DNA of 43,012 bases from an uncultured Alphaproteobacteria bacterium (GCA_964631675.1 CAZVXJ010000002.1:1-43012), one strand, 5' to 3'. Shown: positions 8,155-19,226, numbered from the stretch's first letter. Notes: generated from the sequence alone by a model not told the origin. Made by a program: numbers and translations.

Positions 8155-8848
8155 CGTAACTCCGAAATCAAGTTCTATCGCCCCGCATCTCAATGCACCG
8201 GATGGGAACGCGTTCAGCAACTCACGCCCAACTGCTTTACCAGTAAACGAAGTCGTGGGGGCCATTCTGTGTGGCGGACAAAGCTCTCGAATGGGCCGGC
8301 CCAAAATGCTAATCGAGTTTAATGACGGTCAAACGATGCTCGAGAAAGTCATAGCAAACCTGCAGGAAGTTTGCGGACGAATCGTCCTCCTGGGTTGGGG
8401 AGCGCCCCATGTCCCGCATCTGTTCCGCAAGTACAAGATCATCGCCGATCTTACTCCGGGCCGCGGACCGATCAGCGGAATCCACGCGCTGCTCGGATCG
8501 GGGATCGCGAATCGGTATCTGATAGTTGGATGCGATCAGCCGCTGCTCGATGCCGCATTACTCAGGCAACTCATTGACCGCGCCGGACAAACTGCTCGGT
8601 ACTTTCACGATTCGACAAACGAAACTGGGCACGCACTGCCCCTCTATCTTACTGACCAGCATTTTAACGCATCGCAAGTTACTCTGAACAGTCAGGATCA
8701 TTCGCTGCAGAACCTTATTCGAGCGATTGGTGCGGAGTCCGTTCCGCTTAGCACCGATGAATTGGCTATGCTTGCGAACTTCAATACTGAAGTAGAATTG
8801 CAACGAGCTGGATTTCACGCGTCACTTCATGATGTCACCGCTGATTGA
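8141..8848 (+). CDS. mobA: molybdenum cofactor guanylyltransferase MobA
   Basis: Motifs are GAILCGGQSSRMGRPKMLI, GPISGIHALL and VGCDQPLL. The start is uncertain among GTG 8120, ATG 8141 (chosen) and GTG 8255, which sits right before the conserved core. About 38 N-terminal residues have no MobA-like features. Confidence 0.75.
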   Translation: MVKRNVTPKSSSIAPHLNAPDGNAFSNSRPTALPVNEVVGAILCGGQSSRMGRPKMLIEFNDGQTMLEKVIANLQEVCGRIVLLGWGAPHVPHLFRKYKIIADLTPGRGPISGIHALLGSGIANRYLIVGCDQPLLDAALLRQLIDRAGQTARYFHDSTNETGHALPLYLTDQHFNASQVTLNSQDHSLQNLIRAIGAESVPLSTDELAMLANFNTEVELQRAGFHASLHDVTAD

Positions 8849-9821
8849 CCGGTACGGCCGGGTGCATGATTACCTCCGAATCAGTGTGACTCAGCGCTGC
8901 AATTTGCGCTGTGTCTACTGCATGCCGGCTGAGGGTCTGCCGATTACTGCGAATGATCAATACTTGACTCTCGCTGAAATTGAGCGGCTCGTGCGGGTGA
9001 TGGCGGGGCTTGGCGTCCGAAAGGTTCGGCTGACCGGGGGCGAGCCGACGGTTCGGCCAGACATCGTTGAAATAGTTCGCAGAGTCTCGGCAGTCGACGG
9101 AATCAATACTGTGGCCATGACCACGAACGGCATCCTTTACAGCGAGAAGGCAAAGGCGCTGCAACTTGCAGGATTGAATACGGTCAATATCAGTCTTGAC
9201 AGCCTGAACCGTGAGACGTTTGCAAAAATCACCCGGCGCGACCAGTTCGAGAAAGTGATGCGTTCCATCGAAACGGCACTCTCCCTCGGATATGATCCGC
9301 TGAAAGTCAATACCGTCGTCATGCCGGGAATTAATGAAGCGGAGCTGTTAGACTTTGTCGAGTGGACACGTCATGTGCCGATAAATGTCCGGTTCATCGA
9401 ATACATGCCGTTCAAAGGCAATCAATGGGATCCGGCGGGTTACGTTTCTTTCGCAGAAATGAAACGCCGGATTGAAGCGCACTATGAGCTCCACATGCTA
9501 CCCGAGACGGTGACCGTGAATCGGATCGCCGAGGACTACAAAGTAGCGGGCTTTCGAGGCAGCGTCAGTTTCATTGCTTCTATGTCGCAGAGTTTTTGCG
9601 CGACTTGCTCAAGATTGCGGCTCACGGCAAACGGAGATTTGAAAGCCTGCCTGTTCTTTCCTGCACAGATAAATGTCCGCGACCTGCTGCGGAGATCTGC
9701 AGCAGACGGTGAAATTGAATCTGTCATCAGAGATACTGTGCTGGCAAAACCAAAGGGTCACCCCGATCCTGCGGAACTCGCGGGTCTGAGCGACTTGAGC
9801 ATGATAGAAATTGGAGGATAA
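8829..9821 (+). CDS. moaA: GTP 3',8-cyclase MoaA (radical SAM)
   Basis: It carries the CNLRCVYCMP radical-SAM triad, GGEPTVRPD, and a C-terminal second cluster motif CATCSRLRLTANGDLKAC. It overlaps the mobA end by 20 nt. Confidence 0.9.
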   Translation: MMSPLIDRYGRVHDYLRISVTQRCNLRCVYCMPAEGLPITANDQYLTLAEIERLVRVMAGLGVRKVRLTGGEPTVRPDIVEIVRRVSAVDGINTVAMTTNGILYSEKAKALQLAGLNTVNISLDSLNRETFAKITRRDQFEKVMRSIETALSLGYDPLKVNTVVMPGINEAELLDFVEWTRHVPINVRFIEYMPFKGNQWDPAGYVSFAEMKRRIEAHYELHMLPETVTVNRIAEDYKVAGFRGSVSFIASMSQSFCATCSRLRLTANGDLKACLFFPAQINVRDLLRRSAADGEIESVIRDTVLAKPKGHPDPAELAGLSDLSMIEIGG

Positions 9822-10762
9822 TGATGCTGGACATTTCGAGAAAGACCTCCACTCTCCGCACGGCGATTGCCGAGGCGACCATTGCCATGAATCCCGAGAC
9901 GGTGCAAAGGGCTCTCAGCGGTGACACACCCAAAGGCTCACCGCTCGAGGTTGCAAAAGTTGCGGCCGTGCAGGCTGCCAAAAACACGTCGGCGATTATT
10001 CCCTATTGCCATCCGCTTCCCGTGGACTTTGTCGGTGTGGACTATACTCATACCGAAACGACGATCAAGATCATTGTCACAGTCAAGGCCATCTACAAGA
10101 CCGGAGTCGAGATGGAAGCGCTCACCGCGGCTTCGGTCGCGGCGCTCACCATTTACGACATGCTGAAAATGCTTGACGAGAGCATGGAAATTCAAGGCGT
10201 CAGACTTCGCTCCAAGACCGGCGGCAAATCGGATTTTGCGGAGCAGCTAAGAACTCCGCTGCGCGCAGGAGTGCTGGTTATGTCGGACTCGATCTCAAGC
10301 GGAAAGAAAACCGACAGGTCGGGGAACATCATTGTAAACCGGCTGCGCGCTGCCGAAGTTAATGTGCAGGAATATCTGGTGATTCCGGATGATCCGGCCA
10401 TGATTTCCCAAATAGTAAGGAACTGGTGCGATCAGCGGGAGTTTGATTTGGTCGTGACCACAGGGGGAACGGGCTTCAGTCCACGCGACCGGACTCCAGA
10501 GGCCATGCGTGATGTCATCGAGATCGAAGTTCCGGGTATTGCCGAAGCAATTCGCGCACATGGTCAGGCTCGCACACCATATTCGATGCTGTCCCGGAGT
10601 CTGGCGGGTATTCGCCGCGAGACCATCATCATCTGCCTTCCTGGATCGACCAGAGGGGTGGAAGAATCGCTCGATGCCATCATGCCCGCACTGAATCACT
10701 CGTTTCGCATGTTGTGGGCTGGAGGACACGCACGAAAAAGCCTGAGCGAGGACGAAGCATGA
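9821..10762 (+). CDS. moaC: bifunctional MoaC (cyclic pyranopterin monophosphate synthase) / MoaB-Mog-like MPT adenylyltransferase domain fusion
   Basis: The N-terminal half shows MoaC motifs (IIPYCHPLP, MEALTAASVAALTIYDMLK). The C-terminal half shows MoCF-biosynthesis motifs (VLVMSDS, TTGGTGFSPRDRTPEA). GGAGGA lies upstream, and the start overlaps the moaA stop (taATG). Confidence 0.85.
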   Translation: MMLDISRKTSTLRTAIAEATIAMNPETVQRALSGDTPKGSPLEVAKVAAVQAAKNTSAIIPYCHPLPVDFVGVDYTHTETTIKIIVTVKAIYKTGVEMEALTAASVAALTIYDMLKMLDESMEIQGVRLRSKTGGKSDFAEQLRTPLRAGVLVMSDSISSGKKTDRSGNIIVNRLRAAEVNVQEYLVIPDDPAMISQIVRNWCDQREFDLVVTTGGTGFSPRDRTPEAMRDVIEIEVPGIAEAIRAHGQARTPYSMLSRSLAGIRRETIIICLPGSTRGVEESLDAIMPALNHSFRMLWAGGHARKSLSEDEA

Positions 10763-11964
10763 TACCCTATGAAGAAGCACTTGAAATTGTGCTTGGTCAT
10801 TGCGCAAGGCTTGACACCGAATCTGTCCCGATTGAAGCGTCGCTTGGACGCGTGCTTGCCGAACCCCTGATCGCTACAGCAGACCTTCCGCGATTCGACT
10901 GCTCGGCCGTGGACGGTTACGCTCTGCATGTGCCGGAAGACGAATCCAGCCAAAGCGGGGCGGAGTATGAAGTAACCGGCATCATGAGGGCTGGGCACAA
11001 TTGTGACACTGCAGTCTCCAGTTCGACTGCCGTGCAGGTTCTCACAGGCGCGAGAATTCCAGCCGGTACAAACAGTGTGGTGATGAATGAGCAGATAACC
11101 CGCATCGAAGATCGCATACGCGTGTGGTCAGCACCTGCCGTGGGTGAAAACATCCGCTGGAAAGGTGAGGAGTATCGGCTGGGCGACCAAGCTCTGCTCG
11201 CAGGCAGCAAATTGAATCCGGCAGGAATTGGGCTGGCGGTCTCTTTGGGATATCAAAAACTCAGCGTGTATCAGCGGCCGCGAATGAGGTTGGTGACCAC
11301 CGGTGACGAAGTAGTCCCGCTTGGCACACCGCTGGAAGAAGGCCAGATCTACAATGCAAATCAATGTGCCTTGTCAGCGGCGCTGCTGGAAGCGGGATTC
11401 CGCCGCGTCCCGCATTTTCATGTTCAAGATGACCTGCATGCAACGCTGGAAGTACTGAACTCCACGCTCAGTCGCTGTGATGTGCTGCTCACAACCGGAG
11501 GCGTTTCAGTGGGCGAAACGGATTTCGTCAAAGTGGCGATGCAGGAGTTGGGATTCACGATTCACTTCACATCTGTCGCAATCAAACCGGGTAAGCCCAC
11601 GTGCTTTGGAAACCGGGGTCGGCAGCTCTGGTTTGGACTTCCCGGAAATCCTGTCGCCGCACTGCTATCGTTTCAGAAATTTGTGATTCCCGCACTGGCC
11701 TCTATGACGGGTGAAACTGAGGGGTCGTTGATTCGGACCAGTGCGCGACTCAAAGAATCCATACAAAAGAAATCTGGCAGAGCCGAGTTTGTGCGGGGGA
11801 ATGCATACCGCGAGAACGGTACACTCTCTGTAAAGCCCAGCCACTCCCGCGAATCCCACATGCTGGGCGGCCTCGCGCAGGCGAATGCGCTCATTCACTT
11901 TCCCGCACACAGCGAATGGTGTGCTGCCGGTGAGTTCGTCGAAATTGAGTTATTGCGTTCGTGA
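10759..11964 (+). CDS. moeA: molybdopterin molybdenumtransferase MoeA
   Basis: The ATG at 10759 overlaps the upstream stop (ATGA). MIPYEEALEIV.. is a typical MoeA N-terminus. Other motifs are SAVDGYAL, TTGGVSVGETDF and GLPGNPVAAL. Confidence 0.85.
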   Translation: MIPYEEALEIVLGHCARLDTESVPIEASLGRVLAEPLIATADLPRFDCSAVDGYALHVPEDESSQSGAEYEVTGIMRAGHNCDTAVSSSTAVQVLTGARIPAGTNSVVMNEQITRIEDRIRVWSAPAVGENIRWKGEEYRLGDQALLAGSKLNPAGIGLAVSLGYQKLSVYQRPRMRLVTTGDEVVPLGTPLEEGQIYNANQCALSAALLEAGFRRVPHFHVQDDLHATLEVLNSTLSRCDVLLTTGGVSVGETDFVKVAMQELGFTIHFTSVAIKPGKPTCFGNRGRQLWFGLPGNPVAALLSFQKFVIPALASMTGETEGSLIRTSARLKESIQKKSGRAEFVRGNAYRENGTLSVKPSHSRESHMLGGLAQANALIHFPAHSEWCAAGEFVEIELLRS

Positions 11965-11980
11965 GTAACGGAGGCGAAGC

Positions 11981-12469
11981 ATGAACCACAACGGAACGAT
12001 CGTGGCCATTTCCATCAGTAAGAAGCGCGGGATTCCGAAGACGAATGTCCCGGCGATCAATCTCATAGAGGATTGGGGTATGGAAAATGACATCCATGCC
12101 GGAATGTGGCACCGCCAAATTAGTCTGCTTGCGTTCGAGAGCGTTTGCAAGATGCGTGAAAAGGGAGTAAACGTCCGTCCCGGCGCATTTGCCGAGAATA
12201 TCACGACTGAGTTTATCGACATTCCCAACCTCCACATAGGCGACCGTGTTGTCCTCGGGAGCGCAGAACTGGAGATTACTCAGATCGGGAAGGAGTGTCA
12301 TCAGAAGTGTGCTATCTTCTATCGTGCCGGAGATTGCGTGATGCCGCGTGAGGGTATCTTTGCCGTTGTTAAGCGCGGGGGCGAGATTCGAGTCGGCGAC
12401 ATGGTCACGGTAAGACCAGCTGAGCGGTCCGTGTGCCAGATCAGTCCATCGGAGAAGGCAGTTTCATGA
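11981..12469 (+). CDS. MOSC domain-containing protein
   Basis: This is a 162-aa beta-barrel-type sequence with HRQISLL, ENITT and the Cys-rich KECHQKCAIFYRAGDCVMPREGIFA motif. That motif is typical of small MOSC proteins found next to moa genes. Confidence 0.7.
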   Translation: MNHNGTIVAISISKKRGIPKTNVPAINLIEDWGMENDIHAGMWHRQISLLAFESVCKMREKGVNVRPGAFAENITTEFIDIPNLHIGDRVVLGSAELEITQIGKECHQKCAIFYRAGDCVMPREGIFAVVKRGGEIRVGDMVTVRPAERSVCQISPSEKAVS

Positions 12470-13230
12470 GTTGTCCGTTGATTGCTCATACAGACTTCTT
12501 TTTGGCCATTCTTGTGTTTGCCATAGCGGCACTGTACAGCTCGGTGGGTCACGGTGGCGCCTCGGGCTATTTGGCGGTGCTTTCGCTCTGGGGATTCAGT
12601 GCCAGTGAAATGTCGGCGAGTGCTCTGGCATTGAACATTGTGGTTGCAGGTATTGCCTGGTGGTCATACTCTCGTTCGGGACATTTTTCCTGGCTGGGCA
12701 CCTGGCCGTTCATTTTGTTGTCCGTTCCGGCTGCAGCTTTGGGCGGTATGCTCGATGTGCCGGAGTCCTGGTACAAAGCACTGCTTTCGTTCGCATTGAT
12801 CGCCGCGGCCGTCCGTATGACCCTGCCGCGGTGTTATCAGAAGAACGAGGGAGAAACTCGTTTCGTTCACAACGGCATTAAAGTCCTTTCCGGTGGAATT
12901 ATCGGACTTCTGAGCGGCATCGTCGGTGTGGGCGGCGGCATATTTCTCAGTCCGATAATGCTGTTGCTGCGATGGGCTGACATTAAGACAGTCTCCGCCA
13001 CTGCAGCGTGCTTTGTAGTCGTCAACTCCGTGGCAGGACTTCTCGGGCGCGGATCCTCAGGCATAGAATTCTTGCGTACACTCGGACTCGTGCCGGTGTT
13101 TGCGGTGGCCGGCGGCATGTTAGGCTCCACTTTCGGATCCGCTAGATCATCCCGTCCTGCTTTGCAGCGGGTACTCGCTGTCGTCTTGGTTATCGCCGCT
13201 GCTAAGATGGCGTCTTCATTGTTCACTTGA
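12466..13230 (+). CDS. TauE/SafE (TSUP) family anion-transport membrane protein
   Basis: The ATG at 12466 overlaps the MOSC stop (ATGA). There are ~8 hydrophobic helices in two halves, each with a Gly-rich motif (GHGGASGYL; VGGGIFLSP). Confidence 0.7.
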   Translation: MSCPLIAHTDFFLAILVFAIAALYSSVGHGGASGYLAVLSLWGFSASEMSASALALNIVVAGIAWWSYSRSGHFSWLGTWPFILLSVPAAALGGMLDVPESWYKALLSFALIAAAVRMTLPRCYQKNEGETRFVHNGIKVLSGGIIGLLSGIVGVGGGIFLSPIMLLLRWADIKTVSATAACFVVVNSVAGLLGRGSSGIEFLRTLGLVPVFAVAGGMLGSTFGSARSSRPALQRVLAVVLVIAAAKMASSLFT

Positions 13231-13242
13231 TGAGAACATAAA

Positions 13243-14091
13243 ATGAAAGCATCCGCAAGATCCTACCATCTTCGTTTGATCGCTCTTCGCTTCGGGTTGA
13301 TATTGCTGACGGCCGCGATGCTGCCTCACTCGGGACTTGCAGAGGCGACCGATTCGAGTGCGCAGCAATCTGAAACGAGTGTGTCAGCTGCGGCGTCCGA
13401 CACTTCTGCAGTAGATGATATCGCGAACAAATTTGTGCTAAAGTGTTCGGGCTGCCATACAGTCGGAGGAGGAAAGCTCTCCGGTCCCGATCTGCTTCCG
13501 ACAAGAGTGTGGCCAAAGCCTGATTTGTTTGCCAAAATCAAGACCATGGAAAATCGTGTCGGTCCGCTTGCTGATCAAGATATTCACGCCTTTGGCGATT
13601 TTCTACGAGATGACCGGGTGGAAGCACGAATAAAGATCGCGCAGGAACTCGCGGGAAAGGCTGTCGCACTCAAACTTGCTCCGGCATCGCTCGATATTGG
13701 CAGCGAACTATTTGATGGGCGCCGCGCACTTTCGGCGGGGGGCATTGCATGTATCAGCTGTCATCAGCATGGTATCAGAGGTGGAACACTCGGCCCCGAC
13801 CTCACCGAGATTCATGCGCGCCTTCCGAAGGTCGCCATGGTGTCTGCCATCCAGCAGTCGCAATACCGCGTCATGTCAGGAACCTATCAGAAGCATCCGA
13901 TCACCGCGCAGGAGTCTGTACACCTTGCTGAGTTCCTATCAACCCCAGTCAGCGGATCACAATCGGCGTCTGAAAGTTCTGTCACCAAGCTCGGTTACAT
14001 TACAGCTTTCTTCGGTTTCGCACTCATTATTGCTGCATATCGAAAGCGCTCGCCGGGCTACAAAGCATCACTTCATCGGAGACACTCATGA
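13243..14091 (+). CDS. narC: membrane-anchored dihaem c-type cytochrome, NarC-like
   Basis: It has a signal peptide and two CxxCH motifs (CSGCH 13444-13458; CISCH 13750-13764). A C-terminal hydrophobic anchor ([17 protein letters not shown]) is followed by basic residues. The stop overlaps the narG start (ATGA). Its position matches Thermus narC. Confidence 0.65.
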   Translation: MKASARSYHLRLIALRFGLILLTAAMLPHSGLAEATDSSAQQSETSVSAAASDTSAVDDIANKFVLKCSGCHTVGGGKLSGPDLLPTRVWPKPDLFAKIKTMENRVGPLADQDIHAFGDFLRDDRVEARIKIAQELAGKAVALKLAPASLDIGSELFDGRRALSAGGIACISCHQHGIRGGTLGPDLTEIHARLPKVAMVSAIQQSQYRVMSGTYQKHPITAQESVHLAEFLSTPVSGSQSASESSVTKLGYITAFFGFALIIAAYRKRSPGYKASLHRRHS

Positions 14092-17000
14092 GCTGGATTA
14101 CTGACTTGTTCGATCCCAAACAGCGCGAGTGGGAGGACTTTTACCGCAATCGCTGGTCATATGACAAGATTGTGCGGAGCACGCACGGTGTGAATTGCAC
14201 CGGCTCATGCAGTTGGAACATCTATGTCAAGAATGGGATTGTCACGTGGGAAATGCAGGCGCTGGATTATCCGATCGTGGACAAAGATATCCCCCCCTAT
14301 GAGCCTCGCGGCTGCCAGCGCGGCATCTCCTATTCCTGGTATCTGTACAGCCCAATCCGCGTTAAGTACCCCTACATGAGAGGTGCGCTGCTGGACCTGT
14401 GGCGCAATGCCAGGCGGAACTTTCCCGACGACCCGGTTGCAGCCTGGGAGTCCATCGTCTCAAACCCCGTATCACGCAGAAAGTATCAGCAGGCACGGGG
14501 CAAAGGCGGATTCCGGCGAGTCAAATGGGATGAAGTCGTGGAGTTAATCGCAGCGTCAAACATACACACCATTCAAAAGTACGGTCCGGATCGAATTGTT
14601 GGATTTTCTCCGATTCCTGCCATGTCCATGGTGAGCTATGCCTCCGGTGCGAGATTCCTGCAGCTCGTGGGTGGTGTAGCACTTTCGTTCTATGACTGGT
14701 ACTGCGATCTCCCGCCTGCGTCGCCGGAGATCTGGGGCGAACAGACGGATGTTGCCGAAAGTGCGGATTGGTTCAACTCAAATTTTGTGGCGGTTGTCGG
14801 CTCTAATGTCCTGATGACACGCACGCCAGACGCACATTTTCTCGTCGAGGCCCGGCATCGCGGAGCAAAGGTTGTGGTCTTCACGCCTGACTTCAGCATG
14901 ACTTCGAAGATAGGCGACGAGTGGATTCCTATTCATCAGGGACAGGACGGTGCCTTCTGGATGTCGGTCGGGCATGTGCTCTTGAAGGAGTTTCATGTCG
15001 ACCGCCAGGTGCCTTATTTCGTGGAATACCAGAAAAAGTTTACGGACGGACCGATGCTGGTGAAACTCGAAAAGAATGCGCGCGGCGTCTACTCGCCCGG
15101 CTCACTCTTGCGCACAAGCAAAGTGGAATCGACGAAATCGCTCGACAACGCAGAGTGGAAATTCTTCATGCTGGATGGAAGCTCGGGTGAACTCAGAGTT
15201 CCGACTGGTACTGTCGGCCATCGCTGGCAAGAGAAGAAGGGTCAGTGGAATCTCAAACTCGAAGACGAACGCACGGGAGTATCATTTGATCCTCTGCTTT
15301 CGCTGTTCAGTGAAGACGCCGAAAAGCTGAGCATAGAACTCGCCGACTTTTCCGAAGCCCGGACGGATGCGCGAGTTAACGTGGACGTCCCTGTACGCCG
15401 CATCATGACGACGAATGGGCCGGTCTTTGTGGCAACGGCATTTGATCTGATGATTGCCCGGTATGGGGTTTCACGCTGGGGAACAGCGGCGGCCTACGAC
15501 GATATTTCACTGCCCTATACGCCCGCATGGCAGGAAAAATTCACCGGAGTCTCCGGCGATGTCGTCGTGAAATTCGCACGCGAGTGGGCCAGGACTGCCG
15601 AAATGACGAACGGTAAGTGCAGCGTGATCATCGGCGCGGGTGTCAATCACTGGTACCACAATAATCTCATCTACCGGGCGGTCATTTCCAGTCTCATGAT
15701 GTGCGGCTGCGTGGGAGTGAATGGCGGCGGTCTCAATCACTATGTTGGTCAGGAGAAGCTAACGCCTCAGGCTTCGTGGGGTCCCATCGCATTTGGAACC
15801 GACTGGGCGGCTCCGCCCAGATTGCAGAACGCACCCTCGTTTCACTACGTAAACTCTGATCAGTGGCGCTATGACAAAGCATTCGATGAGCTTTGTCCGG
15901 TCAGCGACCGCAAGCACCGCATGGCCAGCGGTCACACCATTGACAAGCAAATTCTTGCAGTTCGGGCTGGCTGGCTGCCTTGTTACCCGCAATTTAACCA
16001 GTCATCACTGGAGCTTGCGGCAGAGGCCATTCGAAACGGTGCAAAGGATGACGCCGAAGTTGTGCAATACGTGGTGAACAAACTCAAGTCCCGCAAGTTG
16101 AAATTTGCGATGGAGGACCCGGACTCGCCCGAGAATTTTCCGCGCGTCTGGTATATCTGGCGGGGAAACGCGTTGCTGTCTTCCGCCAAGGGACATGAAT
16201 ATTTTCTCAAGCACTACCTCGGCACGCACAACAACTTGATTGCCGAAGAACAGGCGCGAGATCAGGTCCAGGAGGCCACTTGGCACGATAAACTTGAGTT
16301 GGGCAAGATGGATCTTGTGGTGGATCTGAATTACCGGATGGATTCGTCTGCCCTCTACTCGGATATTGTGCTTCCCGCGGCCACCTACTACGAGAAGAAT
16401 GATCTGAATTCGACGGACATGCACAGCTTTATTCATCCGCTGCAAGCCGCCGTTCCGCCCTGCTGGGAATCGAAAAGTGACTGGGACATATTCCGTACAA
16501 TTGCTGAAGCGACATCAAGACTGGCGGAGCGCTATCTGCCCGATACATTGAAGGATGTGGTTGCGTCACCGCTTGCTCATGATACCGCAGCCGAGATTGC
16601 TCAACCGAGCATCAAAGATTGGTCCAAAGGGGAATGCGAGCCGGTTCCGGGCAAAACGATGCCGAATCTGAAAGTCGTCTCGCGCGACTACAAGAATGTC
16701 TACAACAAGTTCATCAGTCTTGGGCCGAACTATCGAAATGGCTTGGGAATGCACGGCACGACGTACGAGGTGGCTGACCTGTACGACGCCTATCTTGAGT
16801 CCAATCCGACCGAGAAGTGGGACGGAGCCGAATACCCATCGCTGCGCGAAGATGTGCTCGTGTGTGAGGCCATCCTGCATTTTGCCGCGGAAACGAACGG
16901 CGAACTTGCTTACCGCGCATTTAAGAGTGAGTCGAAGAAGACCGGAATTGACCATACGCATCTGGCTCGCGATACGCGAGCGGTCCGGATCACGTTTGAC

Positions 17001-17708
17001 TCTATTGCCGTTCAGCCGAGGCGCACTTTGACGACGCCTTTCTGGACCGGAATCGTCAATGACAACCGCACCTATTCCGCCTATTGTCAGAATGTGGAAG
17101 AGCTCATTCCGTGGCGGACTCTCACCGGACGACAGCACTACTATCTTGATCACGAAGCCTACGTTGCGTTTGGAGAAAATCTCCCGACGTTCAAACCCAG
17201 ACCGGATGCCGCCACCATGGGCGACCTGAAAAAAACCGGACGCGATGGCAGCGCTCTGGTACTCAATTACCTGACACCGCACGGCAAGTGGTCTATACAC
17301 TCGACGTTTGGCGATACGCTGCGAATGCGAACGCTTAGCCGGGGCCACGATCCAATCTGGATTAACGATAAAGATGCGCTGATGATTGGAGTTGAAGACA
17401 ACGACTGGGTTGAAATCTACAATGACCACGGTGTTGTCTGCACTCACGCTAATGTAAGCGCGCGCATTCCCCGCGGGATGTGCTTCATTTATCACTCGCC
17501 CGAGCGCACGCTCGGAGTTCCGAAATCTCCGGAACGCGGCATGCGGCGGGCAGGCGGGCACAACAGCCTCACGAGGGTGCGGCTGAAACCACTGTTCATG
17601 ATTGGTGGCTACGGCCAGTTCACCTATGCCTTCAATTATTGGGGACCGCAGGGAGTGAATCGCGATACCTATGTGGCGGTGAAGAAACTCAACAAGGTCG
17701 TCTGGTAG
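14088..17708 (+). CDS. narG: respiratory nitrate reductase alpha subunit NarG (cytoplasm-facing, no Tat motif)
   Basis: The FS0 motif [11 protein letters not shown] begins at 14184. [22 protein letters not shown] contains the Asp Mo-ligand context of E. coli NarG. The product is 1,206 aa and the N-terminus has no RRxF twin-arginine motif. Confidence 0.9.
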   Translation: MSWITDLFDPKQREWEDFYRNRWSYDKIVRSTHGVNCTGSCSWNIYVKNGIVTWEMQALDYPIVDKDIPPYEPRGCQRGISYSWYLYSPIRVKYPYMRGALLDLWRNARRNFPDDPVAAWESIVSNPVSRRKYQQARGKGGFRRVKWDEVVELIAASNIHTIQKYGPDRIVGFSPIPAMSMVSYASGARFLQLVGGVALSFYDWYCDLPPASPEIWGEQTDVAESADWFNSNFVAVVGSNVLMTRTPDAHFLVEARHRGAKVVVFTPDFSMTSKIGDEWIPIHQGQDGAFWMSVGHVLLKEFHVDRQVPYFVEYQKKFTDGPMLVKLEKNARGVYSPGSLLRTSKVESTKSLDNAEWKFFMLDGSSGELRVPTGTVGHRWQEKKGQWNLKLEDERTGVSFDPLLSLFSEDAEKLSIELADFSEARTDARVNVDVPVRRIMTTNGPVFVATAFDLMIARYGVSRWGTAAAYDDISLPYTPAWQEKFTGVSGDVVVKFAREWARTAEMTNGKCSVIIGAGVNHWYHNNLIYRAVISSLMMCGCVGVNGGGLNHYVGQEKLTPQASWGPIAFGTDWAAPPRLQNAPSFHYVNSDQWRYDKAFDELCPVSDRKHRMASGHTIDKQILAVRAGWLPCYPQFNQSSLELAAEAIRNGAKDDAEVVQYVVNKLKSRKLKFAMEDPDSPENFPRVWYIWRGNALLSSAKGHEYFLKHYLGTHNNLIAEEQARDQVQEATWHDKLELGKMDLVVDLNYRMDSSALYSDIVLPAATYYEKNDLNSTDMHSFIHPLQAAVPPCWESKSDWDIFRTIAEATSRLAERYLPDTLKDVVASPLAHDTAAEIAQPSIKDWSKGECEPVPGKTMPNLKVVSRDYKNVYNKFISLGPNYRNGLGMHGTTYEVADLYDAYLESNPTEKWDGAEYPSLREDVLVCEAILHFAAETNGELAYRAFKSESKKTGIDHTHLARDTRAVRITFDSIAVQPRRTLTTPFWTGIVNDNRTYSAYCQNVEELIPWRTLTGRQHYYLDHEAYVAFGENLPTFKPRPDAATMGDLKKTGRDGSALVLNYLTPHGKWSIHSTFGDTLRMRTLSRGHDPIWINDKDALMIGVEDNDWVEIYNDHGVVCTHANVSARIPRGMCFIYHSPERTLGVPKSPERGMRRAGGHNSLTRVRLKPLFMIGGYGQFTYAFNYWGPQGVNRDTYVAVKKLNKVVW

Positions 17709-17729
17709 TCACACGCCGGAGAAACTAAG

Positions 17730-19223
17730 ATGGATATTCGAGCGCAAGTCTCCATGGTGTTCCACCTGGACAAATGCATTGGCTGTCATACCTGCAGCAT
17801 CGCCTGCAAAAATGTGTGGACGGATCGCCCCGGCGCGGAATACATGTGGTGGAATAATGTCGAAACCAAGCCCGGCACCGGCTATCCCAGACGGTGGGAA
17901 GATCAGCAGCGCTACAAGGGCGGCTGGAAACTGGATGCCGACCGGCATCTCAAACTGCGCAGTCAGGGGCGTCTCACCGGGCTGTTGAAGCTGTTCTACA
18001 ACCCGAATCAGCCGGAGCTGGATGATTATTACGAGCCGTGGACGTACGAGTACGAAAATCTGTTCGATGCACCGGCTGGTGACGACCAACCCACGGCCAA
18101 ACCAATCTCGCAGATTACCGGTGAAGAGATGGAGGTCAAGGCCGGCCCGAATTGGGACGATGATCTCTCCGGCTCGCCCGTGCACGCGGCAAATGATGTC
18201 AATTACGACAATCTGACGGATGAGGAACGCGCACAGCTGTTTGAAATTGAGCGCGTTGCTTTCATGTATCTGCCGAGAATCTGCAATCACTGTGCAAATC
18301 CAAGTTGCGTCGCTTCATGTCCATCGGGTGCTCTCTATAAGCGCGGCGAGGATGGGATTGTCCTGATCAACCAGAATGTCTGCCGGGGCTGGCGCGCTTG
18401 CGTATCGGCGTGTCCCTACAAGAAGATATACTACAACTGGCAGACGGGGAAATCGGAAAAGTGCATCCTCTGCTATCCAAGACTCGAAACCGGTCAGGCT
18501 CCGGCCTGCTTTCACAGCTGTGTGGGACGCATTCGTTACTTAGGTGTGCTGCTCTATGACGCCGACCGAATAGAGCAGGCCATGAAAACTGCGGACGAAC
18601 TTCTGGTGGAGGCGCAGCGCGAAGTGATCTGCGATCCCCATGATGATACCGTGATCGCTTCTGCAAGAGCCAATGGGATCAGCGACGAGTTTATCACAGC
18701 CGCACAGAAATCCCCCGTGTACAAGTACGTCATGGAATGGAAGCTCGCTCTCCCGCTGCACATCGAGTATCGAACGATGCCGATGCTGTTTTACGTGCCG
18801 CCGCTCCTGCCGGTCATGGGCAAGGGCGGCGACCAACCCTACGATCACGCCGCAGACGAGTTGTTCTCCAGTATTGACAAGGCGCGGGTCTCGATTAAAT
18901 ACCTTGCCAGGCTGTTCAGTGCCGGAAACGAGCGAATTGTGGAATCCGTCCTGAAGAAACTCATCGCGGTGCGATACTACAGAAGATCGAAAGATGTGAA
19001 AGATGTTGACAGCGCACTGGTTCAGAAGACCATGCGCGAGGCCGGAGTCACACCCGAACAGGCCGAGGAAATCTACCGCCTGACTGCCGTTCCGACCGTT
19101 CATCAAAGGTATGTGCTGCCGCCGCTCCAACGCGAAGAGGCCGTCGCCGAGAGCTGTAATGTTGAGCAATGCAAGGGCACCTGTGGATTCGGTCCATCCA
19201 CCTTACCGGTGAGAGGAGCTTAG
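17730..19223 (+). CDS. narH: respiratory nitrate reductase beta subunit NarH
   Basis: There are four Fe-S groups: CIGCHTCSIACK, CNHCANPSCVASCP, CRGWRACVSACP (the Trp-containing 3Fe-4S group) and CILCYPR..CFHSCVGRIRY. Confidence 0.9.
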   Translation: MDIRAQVSMVFHLDKCIGCHTCSIACKNVWTDRPGAEYMWWNNVETKPGTGYPRRWEDQQRYKGGWKLDADRHLKLRSQGRLTGLLKLFYNPNQPELDDYYEPWTYEYENLFDAPAGDDQPTAKPISQITGEEMEVKAGPNWDDDLSGSPVHAANDVNYDNLTDEERAQLFEIERVAFMYLPRICNHCANPSCVASCPSGALYKRGEDGIVLINQNVCRGWRACVSACPYKKIYYNWQTGKSEKCILCYPRLETGQAPACFHSCVGRIRYLGVLLYDADRIEQAMKTADELLVEAQREVICDPHDDTVIASARANGISDEFITAAQKSPVYKYVMEWKLALPLHIEYRTMPMLFYVPPLLPVMGKGGDQPYDHAADELFSSIDKARVSIKYLARLFSAGNERIVESVLKKLIAVRYYRRSKDVKDVDSALVQKTMREAGVTPEQAEEIYRLTAVPTVHQRYVLPPLQREEAVAESCNVEQCKGTCGFGPSTLPVRGA

Positions 19224-19226
19224 TTC

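Noticed and set aside
8829-8848. A search for a Moco riboswitch upstream of moaA.
   Set aside because: moaA overlaps the end of mobA. There is no intergenic space for a riboswitch, and I saw no obvious conserved structure.
16566-17561. A 331-aa minus-strand ORF, the longest unexplained ORF in the track.
   Set aside because: It lies entirely antisense inside narG, whose identity is unambiguous. Its translation is Arg/Ser/Pro-rich with no motif, as expected for the shadow frame of a GC-rich gene.
14088-17708. The possibility that the molybdoenzyme is a nitrite oxidoreductase (NxrA) rather than NarG.
   Set aside because: It cannot be excluded from sequence alone. However, the NarJ chaperone, a NarI-type gamma subunit, two NarK transporters and near-identity of the FS0 and Asp-ligand motifs to E. 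coli NarG all favour a nitrate reductase. A phylogeny of the alpha subunit would settle it.
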